64,000 bases of DNA from Eledone cirrhosa (lineage: Eukaryota). Positions within the stretch are counted from its first letter, which is position 1; every line of letters starts with the position of its first letter. Position numbers and translations under genes: made by a program. The notes beneath the pieces are model-generated. The model was not told the origin of the DNA. It searched no databases and saw nothing but the letters and a program-made list of their open reading frames with translations. This document shows positions 15,543 to 31,005 of this stretch, one piece after another. The stretch spans positions 21,576,001 to 21,640,000 of the forward strand of contig OZ024748.1 of assembly GCA_964016885.1 (NCBI GenBank), in the 5' to 3' direction.

Positions 15543-17329
15543 TATACACTCACACTGTTAAGAATTATAGTAATTTCTAGTAGTGATGGCCATGTTGGAA
15601 GAGGAGGAAGTGGAGCAGTATGGTAATTACTTATACTAACAATTAAATGTTATGATGTTGAGGAGGAGAGGGAAGAGGATAAAGAAGTAATTTGATAGGT
15701 ACTTATCTATAGTATCTATAGCCAGAGGAGGACCACAAGTACACAGCAAGCAATGTATATCATGTTTATGCTCTCAATAGGTACATAGGTAATCTCTTGG
15801 TACCTCTCTCTCTCCTCTCTTCTCCAAGAACATTGCTAGGATACTTGCTCCCAAAACATATCCTCAGTCAGCAGATAACTGAGTCTCTTTGCCAGGTATG
15901 TTAGGCTATATTGTTCCACAGTTCAGAAATACTTCTGCTCTTTGACAACTTATACAAACAAAGGGTCAGTAGGACCCTTCGGTCACATCAAGGAAATGAC
16001 AGCCTCCCTAGTGTTGGTGATCTACACACTCAGTACATGCTGTAAAGTGATTGGTGATAGGAAGAACATCGAGCCATAGAAGGGTTAGGGGGACCTCAGT
16101 TGTGTCAAAGACATGACAATCTCCCCTGTGCACTTGGTAGAACATGAGATGGTACATAAGCGAAAACATATCCCTGGCTTGTCTGGGAGGTCAGGATCCC
16201 CACTTCAGTAGTGATTTGGTCTATGTAGACCTCTCCAACCCTTGCTATCAGGGAAAGCAGACATTAAAATGACAATGATGATATTGGTTGCCCACATACA
16301 CCTTCAATAGGTAGATTAATTTAGTAGTGCTAGTGTCTTTACCAGATATGCTTCACCTTTGGTTCCTTTTGGCAAAGTTCTTCTACCCTTCAACTTTTAT
16401 TTATAATCCTGCTTGATCACATATACCTTCAATAGCCAGATAACAGATTGTATTAGCATCTTGGCCAGATATGCTGTTCCTCTTCGAGGAAATTCTTCTG
16501 CCCTTAGACAAGTTTGATCTATAATCTTGCTTGGTACCCACATAAACCCTTAATAAATAAATTACCTGTTACTGTTGGTCTCTTCAGGTATGTCTAGTTA
16601 TTGATTCCTCTGTAAAGAAGCTCTTTTGCCCTTTGACAGCTTACATTTATAATCTTGCTCAGTGCCCATATAGGTCCTTAATAACCAGATAACCTGATGG
16701 TATTAATTTTTCTGAGTACCCATATATACTCGCAATAAACAGATTACCTGGCAGTGCTAATCTCTTCTCTAAGTATGTCTGGCTTTTAATTCCTGAGAAG
16801 AAGGTGTTCTGCTCTTTCACAGTTTATATTTGTAATCCTGCTTGGTGCACCCCCTTGATAACCAGATAACCTGGAGGTACCTGTCATCTCTCCACATATG
16901 CTTGGTTATTGGTTTCTTTGTGTGAAAGGTACTTCCACCTTTTATTTCCTTACTTAGTTCTTCCTGAGCCATTCACAACATTGAACAGTAAAGTTCCACC
17001 ATTTCAAACAATTAGTCACTATTTCTATTACATCTTCTCAACAGATGTCCACATCTTATATTTCCTCCTGGAATGTTCTGTACAAGTTCTGTTTACCCTC
17101 TTTTGCGATTCAACAAATTGCCACCTTTTGATATGTTTTATTTTTTATCCTCCTGGGTACCCACACCTGTCTTCAATTGGTAGACGCCTATCTCTTTTTT
17201 CACTCTTCTCTGTGAGTTCTTCATCCACCCTTGGATAGATATTATTTATAATCATTGGCTGTCTCCCCACCCTCAATTGGCAGATAATTTGGTGCTGTTA
17301 ATCTTGCTGGGTGTCCACACATACCCTTG

Positions 17330-17672
17330 AAAGGGTTAATGACACAGGTAGTGTCTTTTATTAGAAATATCATAATGAAAGGGTTAATGGCATAAACAGT
17401 CTTTCATTAGAAATATAGTAATGAAAGGGTTAATTACATAAGCAGTGTCTTTCATTAGAAATATGAGAATGAAAGGGTTAAAGACATAAAGTAGTGTCTT
17501 TAATTAGAAATATCGTAAGGAAAGGGTTAAAGACATAGGTAGTGTCATTCATTAGAAATATGGTAATGGAAGGCTTAATGACATAGACACTGTTTTTCAT
17601 TAGAAATATGGTAACGAAAGGGTTAAAGAAAGACCTAGACAGTGTCTTTCAGTAGAAATATGGTAAGGAAAG
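17330..17672. repeat. ~59-bp minisatellite
   Basis: gaaagggttaa..gacata..agtgtctttcattagaaatat, about 6 copies. Confidence 0.85.
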
Positions 17673-19689
17673 GTTATTTGTTAATGTGAGGCTGATCTCT
17701 ATATAGTGTTAGTCACTGGCTCCTCTGTGAGAAATTCTGCCATCCTTTGACAGATATTTTTAATCCTACTGTGTGTACCTACACACAACCTTTTCCCTCT
17801 AGTGAAATTGTTGGTTAACCACATAGAGGTATCTTCCCTTGTTGGTATAGTTCATGCAGTGACATATGCAACCAGTAACCCTCATTGCACCGAAAGCAAT
17901 GCAATAATACATAGATATTTCCTTCCGTTTAACCCTGTTCTTTTCTATTTTGGGGGGTTTTTGTTATTGTGTTGTTGATTTTTAGTTTTTGCTTTTTGTT
18001 TTGTTTTTCGTTGCATGTGATTGTATGACAGCAGGCAGTTTGAATGGCCTGGTAAATTCTGTTGGTTTAGTGCAATCACTGCAGTAAGTGCAGCTACCCA
18101 CCAGCACAACAAACATTCAGGCAGTGTGTGTATGTGTCTGCATGCATGTGTGTGTGTGTGCAGCAACAATCACTTACGGCAAATGTGCATTAAAGAGAAA
18201 TGGGAGAGATTGAGTGAGAGTGGTGAGAGAGAGAGAGAGTGACAGAATGAGAGTGGAAAGAGAGAGAGAAAGTGACAAAATAATAGTGGTGAGAGAGAGA
18301 GAGAGACAGAATGAGAGTGGAGAGAGAGACAGAATGAGAGTGGAGAGAGAGACAGAATGAGAGTGGAGAGAGAGAGAGAGAATGAGAGTGGAGAGAGAGA
18401 GAGAGAAAGTGAGAGAATAAGAGTGGTGAGAGAGAGACAGAATGAGAGTGGAGAGAGAAAGAGAATGTGACAGAATAAGAGTGGTGAGAGAGAGAGGAGG
18501 GGATAGAAAGTGATAGAAAGAGAGTAGAGGAGAGAGAGAGTGAAAGTGATAGAATGAGAGTGGAGGAGAGATAAAAAGAGAGAGAGACAGACAAACAAAT
18601 AGAGAGAGATAGAAAAAGAGAAACAGCAACAGATATAGAAATACAGGAAAAGAGAGAGTGAGACAGAGACAAGGAAAGAGAGAGAGAGAAGCAGACAGAT
18701 ACAGGGAAAGAGAAAAATAGTGCCAGGCAGAGGAAAAGAAAGAGACAGACAAAGAGATACACAGAGCTGGAGAGAGAGAGAGTGATATATATATAGAGAG
18801 AACTGGAGAGAGAGAGTGTGTGTGATATATATATAGAAAGAGAGTGTGATATATATATATAGAGAGAGAGAACTGGAGAGAGAGAGTGTGATATATATAT
18901 AGAGAGAGAGTGTGTGTGATATATATAGAGAGAGTGATATATATATAGAGAGTGTGTGTGATATATATATAGAGAGAGAGAGTGTGATATATATAGAGAG
19001 AGAGTGTGATATATATAGAGAGAGTGTGTGATATATATATATATATAGAGAGAGAGAGAGTGTGTGATATATATATATATAGAGAGAGGGAGTGTGTGAT
19101 ATATATATGTATATATATATAGAGAGAGAGAGAAAGAGTGTGTGATATATATATAGAGAGAGAGAGTGTGTCAGATATATATATAGAAAGAGAGAGCTGG
19201 AGAGAGTGTGTGATATATATATATAGAAAGAGAGAGCTGGAGAGAGTGTGTGATATATATATATATAGAGAGAGAGAGAGAGTGTGTGTGTTGTGTGTTG
19301 GTTTGGGCTTGAGATTGAATTTGTGTGTGCGCATGCATGTGTTAATGTGTGCTTCATTGTATATATATTTCTGTGTATGTGTGTGTCTGGGGTTGAATTT
19401 GTGTGTGTGTGTGTGTGTAAATTGGGAAGAGATTATATTAGTGCATCTATGTATGCAAGAGAATGTTGCTCTGTGGGTATGTATGTGTGTATATATGTGT
19501 GGGCATATGTATGTATGTGTGTATATATGTGTGGGCATATGTATGTATGTGTGAAGGCAGGTGCTTTAGTAGATATTCAACTTATAAACATAAGGTGGTG
19601 AGTTCAATTCCCAGAAGTACATTGAGCTAGACACTTTATTTCACATTGCTGCAGTGCAGTCAACTGACAAAATTGAATTGTACCTGCAA

Positions 19690-20270
19690 TTCAAAGGGTC
19701 AGCTCTGTCACACACTGTCACAGTCTATCTCCCTGTACCTGTAATTCAAAGAGTCAGCTCTGTCACACACTGTGTCACAGTATGTTTCCCTGTACCAGTA
19801 ATTCAAAGGCCCAGCTCTGTTGCAGTATGTCTCCCTGTACCAGTAATTCAAAGGCCCAGCTCTGTCACATACAGTGTCACAGTATGTCTCCCTGTACCAG
19901 TAATTCAAAGTCCAGCTCTGTTACAGTATATCTCCCTGTACCAGTAATTCAAAGGCCCAGCTCTGTCACATATTGTGTTACAGTATTGTCTCCCTGTACC
20001 AGTAATTCAATCCCAGCTCTGTCACATACTGTGTCACAGTATGTCTCCCTGTACCAGTAATTGAAAGGCCCAGCTCTGTCACATACTGTGTCACAGTATG
20101 TCTCCTTGTACCAGTAATTCAAAGGCCCAGCTCTGTCACATACTGTGTCACAGTATGTCTCCCTGTACCGGTAATTCAAAGGGTCAGCCCTGTCACATAC
20201 TGGGTCACAGTATGTCTCCCTGTACCAGTTATTCAAAGGGTCAGACCTGTCACACACAGTGTCATGGTAA
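19690..20270. repeat. ~58-bp minisatellite expanded from a SINE body
   Basis: gtaattcaaaggcccagctctgtcacatactgtgtcacagtatgtctccctgtacca repeated, directly after a SINE head at about 19555-19690. Confidence 0.85.
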
Positions 20271-20809
20271 ATCTCCCTGAGACATGCAGTATTACACAGT
20301 CTAAAATAGGAAATTGTTATTTGATCATTTACTAAATAATTTGTGTAAAAAAAAAAAACTTCTTTTTAAATGTTTTAAAAATAAAACATTTCCCTATCCT
20401 CCTCTTTCCGTCTTACTCCACTCCCCTGTCCTCCTCCTTCCACCTTACTCCACTACCCTATCTTCCTCCTTCCGTCTTACTCCACTCCCCTGTCCTCCTC
20501 CTTCCACCTTACTCCACTACCCTGTCCTCCTCCTTCCACCTTACTCCACTACCCTGTCCTCAACCACCCACCCCATACTTTTGTTTTTTAAATCACTCTT
20601 CTAAGAAATATATAATCAAATAATAAAATAAACAAATAAACAATGAGATCTTAGTCAGATAACCATTTGAGTGATTGGAACAGATCAATAATTATAACTT
20701 CAGAACATTATCATTAGAGTGATATCAAAGAAATTTTCCTATTTTCTTTCTTTTTTAATCACCAGTTTTGGATATTTCACTACATGCAGTCAATAACTAG
20801 ATAGAGTTT

Positions 20810-21050
20810 ACAGGTAATCAGTGTCATGTATGTAACCAGTAATATATTGGTGTTAATTCAATAACTAACTAGACTTTACAGGTAGTGTCATGTATGTAAC
20901 CACCAGTAATATATTGGTGTTAATTCAATAACTAACTAGACTTTACAGGTAGTGTCATGTATCCAACCACCAGTAATATATTGGTGTTAATTCAATAACT
21001 AACTAGACTTTACAGGTAGTGTCATGTATCCAACCACCAGTAATATATTA
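20810..21050. repeat. ~68-bp tandem repeat, 3-4 copies
   Basis: caggtagtgtcatgtat..accagtaatatattggtgttaattcaataactaactagacttta. Confidence 0.85.
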
Positions 21051-21463
21051 TAGTCAGTCCAATCCAATCTACTTTGCCCATACAAAGAAAACATCTTTAT
21101 GTTTAATCAAGCGACAAATTTGTTCCACTTCTTTGCGCTTTCAATTCACTTCCCTGTCTACACAAACATGCTCTAACAGGAAACCATACCGCAGAAAGAC
21201 AAGATAGGGTAAACAAAACAAGACCAGAAAGAAGATGAGACACAGAGGGAAACAAATAGTCATTGAATAGGTCGATGAATGTGTGACAAAAGTACTTTGA
21301 CAAATATGTAAGATAACAAACTAAGAGTAAAACTGAAGTGAAAATCAACTAATGTGTGTTTTTATTGCCTACATGACCCACCCCAAATATAACTATGTAG
21401 AAACAAACAATATACGTAGCCATTTTCTTGGGCTTTTCCGAAGTGCTGAGAGGTTAAAATTAA

Positions 21464-21585
21464 TACAAAGAGTGGTGTGCTCCTGTGCGGAGATGCTATA
21501 AAATAGCTTCCAACTTTAAGGGTCATCATCTTATTTTATAAGCTATTTTGTAACATCTCCATACCTGAGCACACCACTCTTTATA
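21464..21585. repeat. Short hairpin or MITE-like inverted repeat
   Basis: aaagagtggtgtgctc..ggagatgctataaaatagctt / aagctattttgtaacatctcc..gagcacaccactcttt. Confidence 0.65.
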
Positions 21586-22573
21586 ATAACTACATGTGTG
21601 TGTATGTGGGTTGTGCTTTCCATAGTCTTTAGTTGGGTTTTTCTACCTGGATGTTCTTCCTGTCACCAATCACTTTACAGTATGGACTGAGTGTATTATA
21701 TCATGCCATTAACACTAGAGAGATTTTCTAACATGACAGAAGAATCCTCCTTAACTTCTGTTAGTTATAATTCAGAGTGACTGTTCTGTGGCTTACAGAG
21801 TCCATGTCAACCCCTCTTTGTTATATTTACTTTGATCTAGACAGGCTCGCTTTTCTTTTCAATTAATGTAGGCCTCATCTACCCTACCCACCCCAGAGGT
21901 AACATATTTCAATGACAACGGTGGCCACACAATTCCACATAACCAGTGCCATGATCTCATCAAACAGCTTCATTACATAATAAGGTTGCATTCTCAAGGC
22001 ATTCTCAATGGACAAAGATGATGTTTTATAGAACTAGTAAGTCATGATAGACTATGAGATGTGTCTAGTACCTCTTACAAAACAAGAAAAAGGAGAAGAC
22101 CAGTAGAAGATAAAAAATAGACAGCTATAAAGCAGCAAAAAGTTTCTGTTATTGAATCTTTTCATAACCTCCATGTGCTGTTAGATCTTGTTTATATTTA
22201 GTAGAGTTTTGACTATATATTGTACATTCAATCTTATTAGTTTCTTTTTAATGATCAGCTTGACAATGCCCTCTCTCTCTCTTTCAGACTGCTAGTTTCT
22301 TCATTGAAACAAATAATGCCAAAGAACTATCTCCACCTTCTAAAATGTAGTTCAACAGAATATGGGTATATGACCCATTCAAAGCCAGCATAATCTTTGT
22401 TTATTAACATTATTTAGTGTCTGATGTGTTTTAAATGTTGACAGATCTGGCTGCAATAGTTAAGGGTTGAAATATGAGATCATATTTCTTGATTCTTCAA
22501 ATGTTCTCTCTAAACTAATTATATTTTTGATAAATGATTTGATTTGCAATAAATCTAGAATATATTCTACATC

Positions 22574-22604
<31 letters not shown>

Positions 22605-22706
22605 AGCTATGCAAGTGTGAGAAAATGGACATTAAATGGTGGTGGTGGTGATGACGATCATGATGATTAAGAAGTCTTGGTTACTCATTATATATACACA
22701 GATATA

Positions 22707-22755
<49 letters not shown>

Positions 22756-22798
22756 CATCATCATCATCATTTAACGTCCATCTTCCATGCTAGCATGA

Positions 22799-22833
<35 letters not shown>

Positions 22834-22912
22834 GCATAAAAAGGAGAATAGTTGCTTGTATTCATCTGTTGTTTATGTCTGGGTTTTCCTTGAGCACATT
22901 TGCTAACGCACA

Positions 22913-22997
<85 letters not shown>

Positions 22998-23516
22998 AAG
23001 AGGTTACAAATTGGAGGTGTCAACTCGCCCAGCTTTCTCCACCAACTCACCCAACACCTCTCTATTAATCAAGATTGTTGAGAACTCTATTGACACAATC
23101 AATACAGAGTCGACACCAAAATATATTCACAGCAATGTATATAGATACATATGTATGTATATATGACTATGTATAGGGCTGAAACCAGTGCTTATATATA
23201 TATGTGCGTTGTTACATTACACATGGTATCACAAGTGCTATCAGTTAAGTCTATACTAATGAGATCTATATTTTTGTGTTGTAAACCATCTTCAGGCAAT
23301 AAATACAATATTATAAAATTATAGTGTTATAGAATAAGGAACTAACTGTAAGGTTGTGTCAATAATGTTTGTGTGTAGATGTTACACTATATTAGTCATG
23401 GGTGTGTGTGTGTGTTTATATATAACACACGCAAATATATATATATATATATATTTATTGGTGTGTGTGGAATATTTCAGATTAGTATCCAATTAAATTT
23501 ATCTATGTATCTATCC

Positions 23517-23575
<59 letters not shown>

Positions 23576-23752
23576 GTGTGGGTTTGTGTGTGTGTGTGTT
23601 GATGTGTACATATAATGTGGTGGTGTGAGCCATATTAAAACAAAACATCTGTGTGAAATCCACACACCGGTGCTAAAATTATATACTGTTGGCTAATAAT
23701 GTGTATATAATGTGGCTGATGTATGTATAATGTAGTTAATGTGTATATATAT

Positions 23753-23783
<31 letters not shown>

Positions 23784-24209
23784 ATGTACATTGTTTAGCG
23801 TAATCACTATGCCTAAGGTAAACATTACTATGTTAGTTAACAACTATCTCACACCTGTAGCTTGCTACAAAAATCAAATATTGTGTAGGCATACGTGTAT
23901 ATGTATATGTACATATGTATATAAGTGTATATGTATATATGTATATATGTATATACATATATATGTATATACGTGTATATGTATTTATGTACATACGTAT
24001 ATATGTATATGCGTATTTATGTACATACGTATATATGTATATGCGTGTATATGTATTTATGTACATACGTATATATGTATATACGTGTATTTGTACACAC
24101 ATATGCTGCCGACACACCTTCATACCATTACCTCTCTTTCTTTTTTAATACTCTCAAGTATTTTTTTATTTCTTCTTTTCTCCCTCATATTATGTTAAAA
24201 CTTTTTTCC

Positions 24210-24921
<712 letters not shown>

Positions 24922-24954
24922 TATATATATGTGTGTGTGTGTGTGTATGTATAT

Positions 24955-25233
24955 AATAGAAAAAAAACGAGGAAGTTTCGTTTACATATAAAAGATATTT
25001 ATTGTGTATCAACCTGTTTCACAGAGGATTGGCTCAAGGTCACCCATAGGAGTTATGGACGCAATATATTTTTTGTCACATCGCCAGTCTGAAGAGCAGA
25101 TCGATAGTGGAGTCGGGTCCATAACTCCTATGGGTCACCTTGAGCCAATCCTCTGCAAAATGCACATAACGAGGTCGATATATAATAAATATTTTTTGTA
25201 TGTAAATGAAACTTCCTCGTTTTTTTTCTATTA
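24955..25233. mobile_element. Inverted-repeat element with degenerate hammerhead core
   Basis: Arms about 24955-25060 and 25117-25233; ctgaaga gcaga...tctgc aaaa tgca at 25089-25165. Confidence 0.55.
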
Positions 25234-25317
25234 AATACATTCTGCCTGTGCATAGTAGAGTGCTTGCTTTGGTAGCAACACCAGTAATTCACTGAACCAT
25301 CGACACTATATATATCA

Positions 25318-25648
25318 TCATCATCATTTTACATCCACTTTTCCCTGCTTGCAAGGGTGGGACGGGAATTGATTCTGGCTTGATTTCTACAGCTGGATGC
25401 CCTTCCTAACCCCAACCTCATTTACAGTGAGTGCTGGGTGCTTTTTTGCCATGGCACTTCCACGACCACTTTGCAGTGGAATGATAGGGACCCCAGTCCC
25501 TATCATCTCATTTCTACAGCTGAGTAAACTGGAGCAATGTGAAATAAAGTGCCTTGCTCAAGGAAACAACACACCACCCAGTCTGAGAATTGAACTCACA
25601 ACCTTTCGATTGCAAGGCCAATGCTCTAACCACTAAGCCATGTGCCTT
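25318..25648 (-). mobile_element. CORE-type SINE copy
   Basis: Full-length reverse complement of the family. Confidence 0.85.
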
Positions 25649-26934
25649 CATTATTATATATATATATAATAAGGGTTGACGGACCCAGCATATTTATCAA
25701 TGCCAGTACCAGTTGTATCTCAGTGTACTCAATAGGTAATGTAAGATACATGCTGAAGCATATAAACAATATGCCCCCCCCCCCCCACTGCAAGGTGGTC
25801 GTGGAGGTGCCACGGCAAAAAAGCACCCAGCCCACACTGTAAAGTGGACGTGTAGGCGCCACGAAAAAGCACCCAGCACTCACTGTAAATGAGGTTGGTG
25901 TTAGGAAGGGCATCCAGCTGTAGAAATCAAGCCAGATCAGTTCCTGTATGAGCAAGGCATGGTCAGCCGACCAGACACTGCCCACAACAGGACAACCCGT
26001 CTAACCCATGCTAGCGTGGAAGAACGGACGTAAAACGGTGATGATGATGATGATGATGATGATTACCAGAGTATACACATAGTTATTTGCCTCAACACAA
26101 CGCACGTAAAACGGGTGCCTATAAGGTTCCCGGACTCGAGTTTCTGCCGCACTAATGCAGCAGTAAGGTGCACTGCACCATCTGTCTGCATATATTATGC
26201 AACAATGCACAATCGGCTTATGCGGCTTCATCAGCAGGTATCGCCTAATCAATAACCAATCGATCGACAGAATCCAAACACCGGCCCGCGCCGGTCATGA
26301 CTGTTTGTGACAACCTACACAGTAAAGCGATTAGCAACTGGCAACCGATAGGACTCTATCTCTCAACTAGCCACTGTTATATATATGCTTGTCGTCATTA
26401 TGGACAGCAGCATTGTTTAACATCTAACATGGGTTACATGAGTTGTCCTCTTGTGAAAAAAGTCAGATCAGGTGATTTTGGCTTGCTGATACAGAACTTA
26501 TTCTGGCTTGGTTTCCGTGGCTGGATGCTCTTCCTGACGCCAACCACATTTACAGTGTGAACTGGATGCTTTTCATCATAGCACCAACACAACCAATTGA
26601 CAGGTTAGACTGAGTATTTTTTCATCTTGTCACCAGCATGATAACCTTACAGGATGGACCAGGTGCTTTTTGTTGCATCACCAACACGACATCTTTACAT
26701 GGTGGACCAGGTGCTTTTGTTGTGTCACCAATATGAACCTTAAAGGGTGGTGGGCTGGATGCTTTTTGTTATGATACCTTACAGTGTGTGTGTATATATA
26801 TATATATGTGTGTGTATATATATATGTGTGTGTGTGTGTACACGTATGTGTGTGTGTGTGTACCAATCAAAACCACCCAGTCCGTCTCATTAGTTACCTG
26901 TTAATAACGTATGTCTTCATCTCACCTGTTGCAG

Positions 26935-27063
26935 GTAATGACACAGGATTATACTTTGGATGTTTCCGAGATTCTCGGGCGAAGCGGGAGCTGGGAGGAC
27001 ACCATAAGGACTTCCCAGAAACCAACTCACCCTCTGTGTGCATCGCTCATTGTTTGCAGGCTG
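26935..27063 (+). CDS. oxt: Xylosyltransferase exon, WSC domain N-half
   Basis: ttgcag|GT AAT... [44 protein letters not shown], donor g|gtaact; phase 1/1. Confidence 0.92.
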
Positions 27064-30000
27064 GTAACTATGACAACACTTCTTATTCTTTTTCTTTCTC
27101 TTCATCATATATATAAAATATACTTCATATACACAGCTATATTAGAGCTAACACCTTAATTTTATTTTCTGGCTGAACCAGCTGATAGCTCTATATGCAA
27201 ATGCTGATAATCAGCCTATGCACATAGGTGTCTAAACTATATGTTTTTGCCTATATTGAGTTCCAGCAGAGAGCACGGTAAGGTGCACTGGCTTCATAAT
27301 GACCATAGTCAGAAACAATAACGTCATTATCATCAGTTACCCACTCTTAGCTTCTGCTGGAATCCACTAGTTGGCGCTATGCCATAAGTTTCTAAATTCA
27401 TACCTGAAGGCTTTCAAAATGTTTATTCATAAACATACTGTATATCACTAGATATACAAAAACATATATATATATTTGTGTGTGTGTGTATGTATATCTA
27501 TATGGCTATATACGTATATAAAGATACACATATTTATACAAAAATACTAATTAGTTTTGATAGCATTATCTGCTGTATTTTATCAGTTAATCAAGGTATA
27601 TAGCTATTTTAGTCTTCACCTTATTTTTGCCTATTTTCCTATTAACATATTGTATTTGTTGTTTTATCAATCATCTGCTATATTATGTTCTTATTTTACT
27701 TGTGGAGATGTTGTTGTTAGTCCAGTGTATTTCTAAACTATATTGTACTTGAGATACTATGTGTAGTCTTAGAAAGACACTTTTATATCCACTGAAATTT
27801 TGGAATTAATTTTTGAAGTATATATTTGTGTTTGTATACATAAGTGCTGTGAATGTATGAGTGTATATACGTATGTGCGGAACCTGTATACATGAGTGCT
27901 GTGAGTGTATGAGTGTATGAGTGTATATACTTATGTGTAGAACTCGTCAGGATCTCTAACATGAGTATCATATCACTGGTGTTAAACAGGCCACTTATGT
28001 TTGCTATTGTTATTTTAAATCTTCAGTGTATGGCAGTTGCACCTTGTTGCCAACTATGCAGACAAAGACATTCATCATCATCAACATCAACATCAACATC
28101 AACATCATCATCATCAATTTGGCCATTTTTCCATGCCAGCGTGGGTTTGATGAGCCCTCACTAGTACAGCTTCTCTCCACTTGTTTCTTTTTCCTTTGTT
28201 ATCTCTTTTGTCAGGGCGGTGAATTGGCAGAGTCGTTAAGACATTGGATAGAATGCTTTACAGTATTCGTCCCACCTCATTGCTCTCTCTCTCTGAGTTC
28301 ATATCCCGCCATGGTCAATTTTGTACAAAAAAAGTACCAGTCCAGTACTGGGGTCGTTTCTTCCTCTATAGAAAAAATTAGCTGTGTTCAAACCTCAAGA
28401 AACTTGGGTTCCGCCAGTTTTAAATATGCCCTAGGCACGCCGTATGACGGTGCTTCTATGACTCCACAAGGAGTTAAGGGGATGGGGCATCTCCTTTGTG
28501 AGACTCGGTGTCTTGAGGTCAGTTTTCACCAATTCTACTCACGCCTTCCTTGGTCTTCTTCTTCCATAGCTTCCTTCCACTTGGAACTCCTGTCACCTCT
28601 TCATCCAGTCATCATCACCCATGTGTATTACATGACCATACCAGTGCAATCTTCTCTCCTACATATTAAATCTGATTCTTCTTAAGCTCAGTTTTTCTCT
28701 CAGCTCACCTGTCCTACATTGTTCATACACACACTAACATTACACATCCATTAGAGAACACACTAACTTTACACATCCATTAGAGAACACACTAACTTTA
28801 CACATCCATTAGAGAACACACTAACTTTACACATCCATTAGAGAACACACTAACATTACACATCCATTAGAAAACACACTAACATTACAACACATCCATT
28901 AGAAAACACACTAACATTACACATCCATTGGAGAACACAGTAACATTACACATCCATTGGAGAACACAGTAACATTACACATCCATTGGAGCAGGCACTA
29001 ACATTACACATCCATTGAAGCAGGCACTAACATTAGACATCCATTGGAGAACACAGTAACATTACACATCCATTGGAGAACACAGTAACATTACACATCC
29101 ATTGGAGCATGCTTGATTCATTTCTCTCCATCCTCTGCACATCTTTTACATTCACTGCCCATGTCACACTGCCCATGTCACACTGCCATACAATATCACA
29201 CTTGTCATACAATCTAACTTTGTAACCTTTCACTCAGAGACCACCCCTTTTGTTAACAGGAGTAGCTCCCTGACATTCATATATGATTTATATGTTGTTG
29301 TTTTGTTTGTTTTCTTACTTGTGGTTGGTTGTGGTCATTAGGCACAAATGAAACTAGCATGGGGCCTCATAATGTTTGCATGGGATCAGGTAAAGCTTGC
29401 ATAAGGGCCAGATAATGTTTGCATGGGGGTCTTAACTGAAAATTTTATCTGGGCCCTTGCATATTATTCATACTAGAAAAAAAATAAATTTAGGGTTCAT
29501 TAAATGTTGTGGCATCCTTGACTATAGCTCAGTCAAACCACCACATAAATCTACCATGATGTCCATGCTGGAGAATCTATCTCTCTCTCTCTCTCATCTC
29601 ATCTGTCCCGTAGTCTGGTGGACTGTTGGGGTGCCCCAGATGACCTGACTCTCGTCTCTCCGCCTTCCTCATGGTTCCACCCAGCTTCATGCCTATCCAT
29701 TCCAAGATATCCTCTCTCTTTTTCTGTCCGACTCTCTTCCTCCGTCCTTGTACTGTTCCCTGCAGGACAGTCTTAGCAAGCCCTGATGATCTTGTTACAT
29801 GCCCATACTATCTCAATGTGCGTTGTTTTACAATAGTCAGTAGGTCTTCATAGGGCCCAATATCTTGCCAAATTCTGTTTTACACCTCCTCATTGAAGAT
29901 GCAGTCTCCTAGGTGATGTCAAAGGGTTTTCTGAAGCATCCCATCACCTGCATCTTTCTGGAGCATCTATTAATGATTAAAATGACCAACTTGATTCATT

Positions 30001-30953
30001 GATTCATTGCTACCGTATGTGTATTCTGCTTTTTATCTGTTTGTTCATGTTTTTAGGTTTCCAGTATGCTGGAGTACAGTACACAAAAGAATGTTGGTGT
30101 GGTGATGAGTATGGCAAATATGGTCTGTTACCAGACGTCCATTGCTCTAACCATTGTCCACAGAACAGTACAGAGACTTGTGGTGGTTTCCTGGCTATGA
30201 GGGTGTTTAGCACTGGACTTGGAGGTAAGCTCACTCTAATATATTTATTATATTCCTTTATAAGGGCGGTGGATTGGCAGTGTCGGTAGAGGGCCGGACA
30301 CCATACTTTGCAGCATAGAGTTACGGTCCTTTATGATCTGAGTTCAAATCCCGCCGAGGTTAACTTTGCCTTTCATCCTTACGGGGTCGATAAAATAAAG
30401 TACCAGTCACGCACTGGGGTCGATTTAATCGACTTTCCCTTCCGCCAAAATTGCTGGCCTTGTGCCTATATAAGAAACAATTATATTCCTTTATAGGCTC
30501 TTCTCCTTCTCTCTCATTCTTTTTTTCTTTTTCTTCTTCTTCTCTCTCTCTCTCTCTCTCTGCTTCTTCTTTTCCTTTTTCTTATTTTCCTTTTTCTTGT
30601 TTTCCTTCTTCTTCTTCTAGTAATTGTATTATTATTACTAGTGGTGGTGGTGGTGGTGGTGGTAGTGGTGTTAGCAGATGTTGGTGATGGTTGCTAATGC
30701 TGCTGATTGTGGTGGTGGTGGTGGTAGTGATATAACAACACCTCAGTAAACTTCACATCTATAAACAAACCTCTGTTTCTTTCTGTAACATCTCTGACAA
30801 CAGATCTAGTTTTTCAAGAGCACCTTAACTGATATATCACCACCACTACCAGCACCACTGTGTTGTTGATGGTGGCACTGGGGATGGGGTGGGTTGTTTT
30901 AACAAATGACAGAAATTGCATCTATACAAGTGTGTGTGTATATTTCTATATCT

Positions 30954-31005
<52 letters not shown>

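Noticed and set aside
22288-22366. Possible extra exon after ctttcag
   Set aside because: No frame resembles the xylosyltransferase N-terminus and the donor is weak
23215-23300. CTGAAGA on the minus strand followed by tggt...acca
   Set aside because: No GAAA after the putative stem II; too degenerate to call a hammerhead
26195-26240. CTGATGA on the minus strand in a GC-rich patch
   Set aside because: No GAAA, stem III or NUH at a suitable spacing
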